Positions 1 through 7,757 of a DNA stretch of 64,000 bases are shown in pieces. This DNA comes from Kofleriaceae bacterium. Its GTDB lineage: Bacteria > Myxococcota_A > Polyangia > Haliangiales > Haliangiaceae. The position numbers and the translations under genes are program-made. Each line of letters starts with the position of its first letter. Positions within the stretch are counted from its first letter, which is position 1. The stretch covers positions 117,097-181,096 of the forward strand of contig DATBAS010000193.1 of assembly GCA_036271395.1 (NCBI GenBank), read 5' to 3'. The notes beneath the pieces are model-generated. The model saw nothing but the letters and a program-made list of their open reading frames with translations, ran no database searches and was not told the origin of the DNA.

Positions 1-557
1 AAGGCACGAACCTGCAGGCGCTGCTCGACGCCGAAGCGCGCGGCGAGCTCGCACCTGCGACGATCACCGTCGTCGTGTCGAACGTGACGACCGCGCGCGC
101 GCTCGATCGCGCGAAGGCCGCCGGCAAGCCCGCGGTCGCGATCGATCACCGCGGCCACACGCGCGAGGCGTTCGAAGACCTCGTGCTGGCCGCGCTCGTC
201 GGCGTCGACCTCGTCGTGCTCGCCGGGTTCATGCGCGTGCTCACGCCGCACTTTCTCGCGCGGTTTCCCGCGCGCGTGATCAACACGCACCCGTCGCTGT
301 TGCCGCTGTTTCCGGGCAAGGATGCAACCGCGCAAGCCATCGCCGCGGGCGCGGCGACGAGCGGCGTGACCGTGCACTTCGTCGACGCGATCGTCGATGC
401 CGGGCCGGTCATCGCGCAGGCGAGTGTGGCCGTGGAGCCGCGCGACACGCCGGCGACGCTGCACGACCGGATCAAGCACCAAGAGCACGTCCTGTTGCCT
501 CGCATCGTCCAGCAGATCGCCGCGGGCGCCATTCGCAAGCCAGACGTGGCACAGTAG
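1..557 (+). CDS. purN: Phosphoribosylglycinamide formyltransferase, 5'-truncated by window edge
   Basis: Frame open from position 3 (GTNLQALLDA...). Contains NTHPSLLPLFPG and GVTVHFVD..VDAGPVIAQ, typical of PurN. TAG stop at 555-557. Confidence 0.85.
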   Translation, partial: GTNLQALLDAEARGELAPATITVVVSNVTTARALDRAKAAGKPAVAIDHRGHTREAFEDLVLAALVGVDLVVLAGFMRVLTPHFLARFPARVINTHPSLLPLFPGKDATAQAIAAGAATSGVTVHFVDAIVDAGPVIAQASVAVEPRDTPATLHDRIKHQEHVLLPRIVQQIAAGAIRKPDVAQ

Positions 558-563
558 GCGCCG

Positions 564-2054
564 GTGCCGAGCAACTCGTACGACTTGGTCGTCCTCGGCG
601 ATGATCTGGCGGCACTCGTGTGCGCGACGTTGTGCGCCCGGCGCGGCATGCGCACGTTGGTGCTCGGCGACGATCGACCGGCGCGCTACACGCTCGGCCC
701 GCACAAGCTGCCGATCGAGCCCGTGTTCTGGCCCGGCGGAGGCTCGTCCGAGCGCGTGCTCAAGGAGCTCCACGCCGAGCTCGCACTCCGCCGCAAGCTG
801 CGCGAGCCGCGGATCGCGGCGCAGGTCGTCGCGCCGGAGTTGCGGCTCGATCTCGGCGCCGATCGCGTCGCCGCCGAGCTGACGCGAGAGCTGGGCCCGG
901 CCGGCGATGCACTGCTCGAGCGCTGGCAGCGCGGCCGCGACATCGCGCGGATGTTCGATCCGCTGCTCGCGAGCGAGCACGCGTTCCCCGGCGTCGGCTT
1001 CTTCGAGCGCCGCGAGGTCGCGAAGATCGTCGAGACCGCCGGCGCCGCGGCGGCAACGTGGTGGAGCGAGACCAACGGTGATCCGCAGGTCGCGTTGTGG
1101 CGCCACCTCGCGGCGATCCTGCAGCGCCATCCCGAGCCGCCTGCCGCGGCGGCCGCCCGCGCGCTCGACGCGTGGTTCGCCGGGCCGCCCGCGCTGCGCG
1201 GCGATGGCGACGCGATCCGCGAGCTCCTCGTCGAGAAGTTGCAGACCGCCGGCGGCGAGCTGCGCTCGGCGGCGATCAGCGACGCCAACGTGTCGTGGGG
1301 CAAGCTCGCGAGCCTCACGCTCGGCAGCGGCGACGACATCGGCTGCGGTCAGGTCGTGTCGAGCCGCACGCCCGAGCAACTGATCGAGCTGCTCGGCAAG
1401 AAGGCGCCGAAGAAGCTCGCCGAGCTCGCCGAGGCGCAGCAAGTCGCCGGCTATCGCTACACGCTCAACGTCGTGATCGACGAGGCCGGCATCCCCGAGC
1501 ACATGGCGCCGACCGTCGCGGTGATCGCCGCGCCCGACAAGCCGCCGGTCGGCGACGCGGCGTTCTCGATCCACTTGGGCGAAGCCGACGACACCGGCCG
1601 CGTGGTCGCGACGATCGCCGCGATCTTGCCGACCGACGGCGCACTCGAGCCCGATCGACTGACCTCGAAGTGCATGGCGCTGCGCGCGGGGCTGTGGCGG
1701 CGGCTCGGCGAGGTGATGCCGTTCTTCGAGAAGCACCTCGTGCTCGCGCATTCGCCGTTCGAAGCGACGCCGCCTCAGGTGCCGGGCGGACGCGGCAGCT
1801 ACGACGTGCCGCGCAATCTGCCGCTCGCGATGCCGCCGGTGTGGAAGGGCACGCTCGCGCAGACCGCCGACCTCGGCGTCGTACCGTACGTGACCGGGCT
1901 CAAGAACGTCACGCTGACCGGCGACCAGATCTTGCCGAGCTTGGGCACCGAAGGCGCGCTCGTCGCCGGCTGGAGCGCGGCGAAAGTCGCGTGCGCGCTC
2001 GCCGGCAAGAAGAAAGACTACCTGCGCGACGAAGTCGTCGGCGCGACGGGCTAG
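564..2054 (+). CDS. FAD/NAD(P)-binding oxidoreductase-like protein (phytoene-desaturase-like fold, degenerate dinucleotide motif)
   Basis: GTG start 7 nt after the purN stop. N-terminus YDLVVLGDDLAALVCATLCARRGMRTLVLGDD resembles a Rossmann beta-alpha-beta unit. GC3-rich throughout. Confidence 0.5.
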   Translation: MPSNSYDLVVLGDDLAALVCATLCARRGMRTLVLGDDRPARYTLGPHKLPIEPVFWPGGGSSERVLKELHAELALRRKLREPRIAAQVVAPELRLDLGADRVAAELTRELGPAGDALLERWQRGRDIARMFDPLLASEHAFPGVGFFERREVAKIVETAGAAAATWWSETNGDPQVALWRHLAAILQRHPEPPAAAAARALDAWFAGPPALRGDGDAIRELLVEKLQTAGGELRSAAISDANVSWGKLASLTLGSGDDIGCGQVVSSRTPEQLIELLGKKAPKKLAELAEAQQVAGYRYTLNVVIDEAGIPEHMAPTVAVIAAPDKPPVGDAAFSIHLGEADDTGRVVATIAAILPTDGALEPDRLTSKCMALRAGLWRRLGEVMPFFEKHLVLAHSPFEATPPQVPGGRGSYDVPRNLPLAMPPVWKGTLAQTADLGVVPYVTGLKNVTLTGDQILPSLGTEGALVAGWSAAKVACALAGKKKDYLRDEVVGATG

Positions 2055-3877
2055 GCCAGCCGCGGCAAGCCGCTCGCGTCGGCGGCGGCTTCATCCTCGA
2101 CCACGACGATCATCGGCACGTCGGCCATCGATCGCAGCATCGCGACGGCGCCGTACGCGCGCGCCTCGAAGATCACGGCGTCGGCGCGCGAGCGATCGTC
2201 GGCCGCGAGGATCGCGCCGCCGGCGAGCGGCAAGCACGCGCTCGCGATCGTGCCGAGCGGGCCCGAGCCGACGACGACGCACGGGCCGAGCAAGCTGATC
2301 GCGCCCGCGGTGCCGACGAGCGCGCCGGTCTGCGGCGGCAGCTCGTCGAGCACGCGCAGCACGGCGGGCACGAGCCGCACCCGCGACTCGCGATAGCTCG
2401 CGATGCCGCTCGCCGCGAGCCGACCGCGGCCGAGCGCTTCATCCCAGCGCCGGCCGAGCACCCGCGCGACGTCGACGGGCGCCGCGCCCGGATCGCCGGC
2501 GAGGTGCGCGCCGTAGAGCAACGCGAGCGCGGGCAACAGTTGCGGTGGCAGCTCGAACCGCGCGAGCACCTGCTCGCCGAGCGGCATCGCCGGCGGCTCG
2601 GGTAGCGCGATGCCGGCGGCGATCGCGCGGGTCCACGCGTGAAGCTCGTCGCGCCACGACGGTCGCGCGTCGAGCCAATCGAGCGCAGCGGCGGAGCGCG
2701 TGACCGGCAGCGCACGTACGCGCTCGCGCCACGCCGCGACCTTGTCGGACAGCGAGGCGGAGATCGGCGGCTGCACCGGCGGCGGCGCGGTCGCCGGGGT
2801 CGCGAGCTGCGGCCCCGGCAGCTTCGCCACGCGATGCAGCGACGGCTTGCGTCGCGGATCGGGGCCGAGCACGGGCGCCGATTTCGGCGGCTCCGGCGCC
2901 GCGGCCGGCTCGGCTTCCGCGAGCGTCGACGGTTTGGCAGGCTCGTCGACCACGGCCGGGGCCGGCGCCGGCATCGCCACGGCGTCGCCCTGCCCTTCGA
3001 GCACGACGATCGCGACCGGTCGCTTGGCCTGCGCGGCGAGCACGGCGAGCATACGGCCGACGACGAGCCCGGAGCCGTCGGCGCGATCGATGCTGTGGGC
3101 GGCGATCGTGCGCATCGGTTGGCGACCGTCGAGATCGATCGCGTAGAGCTTGCGTGAATCGGCGCCGAGGCACACGACGATGTCGCTCTTGGGGTGCGCG
3201 GCGACGTGCGCGATCGGCTCGGGCAGCTCGTGCGACTTCGGTTGGCCGCGGTTGACGAACGTGACGACATCGAGCCGGGTCGGATCGGCTTGCGTCGTCA
3301 TCCAGACGACGCGCTCGCTGCCGCCGACGGCGGTGATCGTCGAGGCGCGGCCGAGCTTGATCCGGCGTTTCGGCATGCGCGCGTGCGGATCCCACTCCTC
3401 GATCGCACCGCCGCCGGGCAACGCGACGACGAACTGCGCACCCGCCGCGCCGGCCGCGACCGGCACCGCACGCGCCGGAAATTGATACGGCGTCAGATGG
3501 CTCTCGCCGGCGGCGATCACCGCCGACGCGGTCGCGCCGATCGCGAGCCCGTACGAGCCGACGCTCGCGACGAGCTTCATCGGCGCTTCGAGCCGGATCT
3601 CGGCGAGCGTGCGCGGGCCGGCCGGATCGACGAGGTGCACGGTCGAGTGCGCCGCATAGCGCGACAGCACCGCGAGCCGCGCGCCGAGCCACACGACATC
3701 GTGCGCGCCGGCTTCGGCATCGATGCCGAGCTCGGCGCGCTCGCTGCACGCCGGCAAATCGATCACGACGACGCGGCTCGGCTCGATGATCGCGGCCATC
3801 GCGCCATCGTGCGCGACGGCGATACGCGAGCGCTCGCCGGGCACGAATGCAGACGACGCCGCCGAGCGCGCTACCAC
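2051..3877 (-). CDS. Hypothetical protein: beta-propeller-like N-terminal half, Pro/Ala-rich linker, helical C-terminal half
   Basis: 608-aa ORF with a GTG start, 12 nt downstream of the preceding minus-strand gene. CTAG overlap with the convergent gene at 2051-2054. No catalytic motif recognised. Confidence 0.6.
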   Translation of the reverse strand: MVARSAASSAFVPGERSRIAVAHDGAMAAIIEPSRVVVIDLPACSERAELGIDAEAGAHDVVWLGARLAVLSRYAAHSTVHLVDPAGPRTLAEIRLEAPMKLVASVGSYGLAIGATASAVIAAGESHLTPYQFPARAVPVAAGAAGAQFVVALPGGGAIEEWDPHARMPKRRIKLGRASTITAVGGSERVVWMTTQADPTRLDVVTFVNRGQPKSHELPEPIAHVAAHPKSDIVVCLGADSRKLYAIDLDGRQPMRTIAAHSIDRADGSGLVVGRMLAVLAAQAKRPVAIVVLEGQGDAVAMPAPAPAVVDEPAKPSTLAEAEPAAAPEPPKSAPVLGPDPRRKPSLHRVAKLPGPQLATPATAPPPVQPPISASLSDKVAAWRERVRALPVTRSAAALDWLDARPSWRDELHAWTRAIAAGIALPEPPAMPLGEQVLARFELPPQLLPALALLYGAHLAGDPGAAPVDVARVLGRRWDEALGRGRLAASGIASYRESRVRLVPAVLRVLDELPPQTGALVGTAGAISLLGPCVVVGSGPLGTIASACLPLAGGAILAADDRSRADAVIFEARAYGAVAMLRSMADVPMIVVVEDEAAADASGLPRLA

Positions 3878-3889
3878 GGCAAAATTCTA

Positions 3890-4222
3890 TCACCGCGCGA
3901 GCAGGCACGCGCGATCGGGCTTGCCGAGGGGCGGTAGGTCATCCTTGGCCTCGTCGCCGAGCACCGCGCAGACCGCGCCCGAGCCACAATCGCCATCGGT
4001 GTCGCACGACTGCGTGCACCGGCCGTGCGGCGTGCGGATTTGCGCGCTGCCCTCGGCCGCGTGGTGGATGCAGTAGAACGATCGACAGCCGAGCGAGTGC
4101 TCGCACTCGCCGCCGTAGCGCGACTGCCCCCACACGTTCCACGCGACGAGCGCGCCGCCGCCGAGCATGCCGATCGCGATCAGCGCGGTGCCGAGCTTGC
4201 TGAAGAATCCACGTACCGACAT
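3890..4222 (-). CDS. Small membrane-anchored cysteine-rich protein (110 aa)
   Basis: ATG at 4220-4222 overlaps the TGA of the upstream lipoprotein gene (ATGA). One N-terminal TM helix (LGTALIAIGMLGGGALVAW) is followed by 8 Cys in about 70 aa (CEHSLGCRSFYC...CTQSCDTDGDCGSGAVC...C). Confidence 0.6.
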   Translation of the reverse strand: MSVRGFFSKLGTALIAIGMLGGGALVAWNVWGQSRYGGECEHSLGCRSFYCIHHAAEGSAQIRTPHGRCTQSCDTDGDCGSGAVCAVLGDEAKDDLPPLGKPDRACLLAR

Positions 4223-5073
4223 CAGCAACCTCCGGCTTTCCGCGGCGGGCCCTGGATCTGCGCGTGGCGGCCCTCGGCGTCGTAGCGCCACGTCTCGATG
4301 ATCGGCTCGTCACACTCGGCGCCGACGACTTGCGACAGCGTGTCGCCGCCGCTGCCGTCGCGCACGATCACCGCGTGGCCGAGCAAGCTCTGCGTCCACG
4401 GGATGTACGCGAGCGCGCTGCCGCAACGCACCGGCGCGAAGCTGTACCAATCGACATCGCCGTCGTCGACGAGAAACACGTCGCCGGGCAATACCGAGCA
4501 AGCGGCCGGCCGCTGCGCGATCTGCCGAGCGAGCTCGTCGCGGCCACCGCCGTGCGCGTGCACCGCATCGACGTCGGCCCGGCTCCACGCCGCGACCGCG
4601 CCGCCGCGATCGACCACGGTGACGTGACGCGGCGCGACCGGCGGCTGCGCGTTCGGAGCGATCTCGACCGCGCTCGCGCGCAAATCCGCGATCACCGGGC
4701 TTGCCGCGGCGACCTGCTCGGCGGCCGGCTTGGTGCCGAACGCGCCGATCACGACGGCGATGCCGTGCGTCGCGGTCAGCCCGAGCTCGTCGGTGTGCAC
4801 GACGAACGGTAGGCCGAGGCCGAGCTTGCCGTCGAGCGCGGCGCGGATCGCTCGCGCCGATCGCTCGTCGGGCGCGAGGTACGCGGCGATCGCGCGCGGC
4901 GGCGTGCAGTCAGCGCACGTCACGTACGGCATCCAATAAATGCCGGCGGTGCGTTCGGGCGGCGTGCCCGACGGCGACGGTTCCTGCGCCGGTGGCGGCT
5001 GTAGCGTCGGCGCGACCGGCGCGGCTGCGCCGCCGCACGCGGCGAGCATCCACACGAGCGCGGCTTTCGGCAC
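4222..5073 (-). CDS. Lipoprotein, unknown function
   Basis: GTG start. Signal peptide plus lipobox (KAALVWMLAAC|GG), then a Pro-rich linker. Located 18 nt downstream of the 77-aa gene. Confidence 0.7.
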   Translation of the reverse strand: MPKAALVWMLAACGGAAAPVAPTLQPPPAQEPSPSGTPPERTAGIYWMPYVTCADCTPPRAIAAYLAPDERSARAIRAALDGKLGLGLPFVVHTDELGLTATHGIAVVIGAFGTKPAAEQVAAASPVIADLRASAVEIAPNAQPPVAPRHVTVVDRGGAVAAWSRADVDAVHAHGGGRDELARQIAQRPAACSVLPGDVFLVDDGDVDWYSFAPVRCGSALAYIPWTQSLLGHAVIVRDGSGGDTLSQVVGAECDEPIIETWRYDAEGRHAQIQGPPRKAGGC

Positions 5074-5091
5074 GCCGCGAGGATGACACGC

Positions 5092-5325
5092 CTACTTCGT
5101 GTTCGACCAGCCGCAGAGGTTGCCGATCGCCTGGACGACGCGGTGCTTGACGCCCGGCGTTTCGCTCGCGTCGGGAATCTCGTGCGCCTTCATCCAGTCG
5201 AACTGCGTGCGCGCCGTTTTCGGATCCGGCGTCTGGCACATCTCTTTGTATTGCGCGCCGCGCGAGCCGGGGCCGCCCGAGGTGACGCCGCCGAGGACGG
5301 TCGAGAGCTGAGTGATGGTCGTCAT
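5092..5325 (-). CDS. Small exported peptide/protein with double-glycine-type leader (77 aa)
   Basis: MTTITQLSTVLGG|V... The leader is paralogous to that of the upstream gene. Two Cys in the mature part. 9-nt gap to the upstream gene. Confidence 0.6.
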   Translation of the reverse strand: MTTITQLSTVLGGVTSGGPGSRGAQYKEMCQTPDPKTARTQFDWMKAHEIPDASETPGVKHRVVQAIGNLCGWSNTK

Positions 5326-5334
5326 GACGAGCTC

Positions 5335-5652
5335 CTAGTACGCGAGGTGGACGTGGTCGAAGTGGCCGGGGACCGAGTGCGCCTGCTTGCCGCGCAGCGA
5401 GTGATAGTTCTGATAGATCAGCTCGGTGGGCTGCGTGCCCTTCGCCCACTGAAAGTACTTCTCGCGCATCGCCGGCGAGCCATGGACATCGATCGCACGA
5501 CCGAGCCAGTGGAACGACGTCGGATAGTGCGGGCCTTCGATCGAGTGCGAGATGTTGCCTCCCATGTCGACGGCCTTTTGCCAGGCTCCGAACATTTTTT
5601 CGTTCATGCCGCCGGTGATCGTCGCGAGTTGATCGAGATCGATGGTCTGCAT
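5335..5652 (-). CDS. Double-glycine-leader protein with minimal LAS/M15-type zinc peptidase (peptidoglycan peptidase-like) domain (105 aa)
   Basis: MQTIDLDQLATITGG|M... leader. SFHWLGRAID matches the SxHxxGxAxD motif of VanY/M15 D-Ala-D-Ala peptidases. C-terminal HFDHVH supplies an HxH motif. Third codon positions are visibly more A/T-rich than in the neighbours. Confidence 0.7.
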   Translation of the reverse strand: MQTIDLDQLATITGGMNEKMFGAWQKAVDMGGNISHSIEGPHYPTSFHWLGRAIDVHGSPAMREKYFQWAKGTQPTELIYQNYHSLRGKQAHSVPGHFDHVHLAY

Positions 5653-5688
5653 GTTCGACGAACGCTGCAGTCGCGATGCCGAGGATAT

Positions 5689-6807
5689 ATGTCGACCACG
5701 GGAGACGAAGCGCGCGCGTTCGATCGAGCGTTCGCGGAGCTACGGCCTCGGGACCCGGCTGCACGAGTAGCCGGCGCTGGACAGCGGACGCGTCACGCAG
5801 CGCGCTACGATGCACGCGTGATCGATCGCTCCGAGCGTTACCGCGCCATCTCGGCGCTGCGCCCGCCGCTCGACGATGTCGCGCTCGCCGAGCTCGCCGA
5901 TGCGCTCGAAGATCACGAGCTGATCATGGTCGGCACCCCGGGCTGGGAAGAGGATCGCGACAGCATCGGCTGGGCCGCGCGGCGCGTGCTCGAGACCGCC
6001 GGACCGCGCGTCGAGCGCTTCGTCGCACCGAAGCTCGCGAGCGCCGACCGCGCGGTGATCGAGCACGCGCTCGCGATCCTCGCAAAGCGCCCGGTGCTCG
6101 AGCCGGCGACGATCGACGCGATGCTGCATCACGCGGCCGATCCGAAGCTCGCGTATCACGTCGGCACCGCGCTGCGCGGCAAGCTCGACGCGCGCGCGTT
6201 GCTCGACTATCCGGAGACGCGGCTCGCCGGTTTTCTCGCGACGCCCGATCTCGAGCCGGCGTGGCTGCTCCAGTTGCTCGGCGATGCCGCGCTGCGCTCG
6301 CGCGTGCTCGGGCGCATCGCCGAGCTCGCGCCGCCGCCGCACGAGCTGGCACCCGCGCTCGTGCCGTTGCTCGCCGACGCTGCCGTGCGTTATCACGCGA
6401 TCGGCGCGCTGGCGCGGCTGCGCCCGGACGACGCGTCGATCACCGCGGCGCTGGTCGATGCCAGTGCGGTCGAGCATCACGACACGTCGTTCGCGCTCGC
6501 GCAGCGGCCGGTCGCGCACCTACGGTCGCACGTCCCCGCGCTACTCGCGCAGCTGCACAGTGGCCGCACCGGCATCGCGCGTGTGCTCGGCACGCTCGGC
6601 GACACCGCGCCGCCCGAGGTCGCGCTCGCGCTCGGCCACGAGCTCGCCGCCGGCCGCCCGTACGTCGTGCTCGTCGACGCGCTCGACGCGCTCGGCGCCG
6701 CGGCCCTACCCGCGTTACCCGCGGTGCTCGCGGCGGCGCACGATCTCGACGATGAATCCGCGCGCGAAGCCGCTGCGCAGCTCGCGGTGAAGCTGCGCCG
6801 TCACTGA
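5689..6807 (+). CDS. HEAT/armadillo-like helical repeat protein
   Basis: ATG at 5689 inside the longer track ORF 5083-6807; the upstream part is a shadow of the minus-strand genes. Repetitive LxxLLxD.AVRxxAxxAL-type helices. Overlaps the convergent gene by 7 nt. Confidence 0.6.
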   Translation: MSTTGDEARAFDRAFAELRPRDPAARVAGAGQRTRHAARYDARVIDRSERYRAISALRPPLDDVALAELADALEDHELIMVGTPGWEEDRDSIGWAARRVLETAGPRVERFVAPKLASADRAVIEHALAILAKRPVLEPATIDAMLHHAADPKLAYHVGTALRGKLDARALLDYPETRLAGFLATPDLEPAWLLQLLGDAALRSRVLGRIAELAPPPHELAPALVPLLADAAVRYHAIGALARLRPDDASITAALVDASAVEHHDTSFALAQRPVAHLRSHVPALLAQLHSGRTGIARVLGTLGDTAPPEVALALGHELAAGRPYVVLVDALDALGAAALPALPAVLAAAHDLDDESAREAAAQLAVKLRRH

Positions 6808-7757
6808 AACAGGTAGCGCGCCTCCGCGCGTGGCTCGAGCGACTCGCGCGGCAGCAGCCCCTTGCCGTAGCGCTGCGGAGCGTCTGCGCGCGAGCCCGGC
6901 ACCGACACCGGCAGCACCTTGGTGTCGTGCCAGTAGTGCGCGTCGGCGGGGTTCGAGCCGCGATTCTCGAGATGAAGCCACGGGATGTAGCCGTGCTCGC
7001 GCTCGAGCGCGTGGCCCTCCGTGCTCATCTCGTACGCGCCGTAGCGACCTTGGTCGTCACGTGCGGTGAGCTCGCCGATCGGTCCGCCGTCGCTCGGCAC
7101 GTCGGCCGCGAGCTCCGGCGTGACGATCGTCAAGCACCGCCGCGTCAGTGGATTCGCGGCCAGCGCCTGATACGCGGCGAGCTTGCGGGGATTGCCGCGC
7201 GCGTCGATCGTCATCACGCGCTTGAGGTGCGGGCTCGTCGCGAGCACGGCGAGATCGCCCGGTGCGAGCGTCGATTCGGCAAAGCGGATCTCGTCGAGCC
7301 GCGATAGCCACGGACACGCGGCGAGCTCGGCGGCAGGGAACGCGTCGCCGTCGGGATCTGGGAAGAACTCGATGCCGCGGAGCGGTGCGAGCTTGGTCAA
7401 CACGTAGTCGCCGCGCTCGAGGAACAGGTGCGGGTTCATGCTGCACAGCCACGGCAGCCCGCGATGAAACTCGACGGTGCGATAGGTCTCGATCTCTCCC
7501 ATGTACATGCCGAGGTCGCGCGACCACCGGCGCGCGTGCTGGCGGAGCAACGCGTCTTCTTCGCCGCTCTTGCCGCCGATGAGCGAAACGCCCGGGTTGT
7601 AGAACGTCTCGCGCATCCGCTTCGACATCGCGAGCTGACGCTCGATGAAATCGGCGCGCGGCGGATCGCTCGCGGCGATCGCGGTCGCGAGCTTGTGTCT
7701 CGGCGCGTCGTCCTCGGGATTCGCGAGGATCGCGTCCATGCACTCGTCGGCTGTCAT
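6801..7757 (-). CDS. TIGR02996 (repeat-companion) domain protein with leucine-rich-repeat-like C-terminal part
   Basis: N-terminus [36 protein letters not shown] matches the TIGR02996 signature (NPDDD..R...AD.L...GDPRAEFI). Its ATG overlaps the TGA of the giant gene (ATGA at 7754-7757). Confidence 0.75.
   Translation of the reverse strand: MTADECMDAILANPEDDAPRHKLATAIAASDPPRADFIERQLAMSKRMRETFYNPGVSLIGGKSGEEDALLRQHARRWSRDLGMYMGEIETYRTVEFHRGLPWLCSMNPHLFLERGDYVLTKLAPLRGIEFFPDPDGDAFPAAELAACPWLSRLDEIRFAESTLAPGDLAVLATSPHLKRVMTIDARGNPRKLAAYQALAANPLTRRCLTIVTPELAADVPSDGGPIGELTARDDQGRYGAYEMSTEGHALEREHGYIPWLHLENRGSNPADAHYWHDTKVLPVSVPGSRADAPQRYGKGLLPRESLEPRAEARYLFQ

Noticed and set aside
1097-2605. Long Arg/Ala/Pro-rich ORFs in alternative frames and on opposite strands. 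Examples: 1097-2605, 2439-3908, 4910-5815, 18991-21285, 22356-24230, 37883-39931, 40091-42760, 46024-46635, 59922-61571.
   Set aside because: These are typical high-GC shadow ORFs. They overlap frames that carry recognisable domains, have extreme R/A/P/G composition and lack the G/C-dominated third codon positions of the frames I report.
5083-5688. Upstream 200 codons of track ORF 5083-6807 (plus strand).
   Set aside because: This part lies antisense to the two GG-leader genes, which have clear motifs. The plus-strand product only becomes protein-like after the ATG at 5689.
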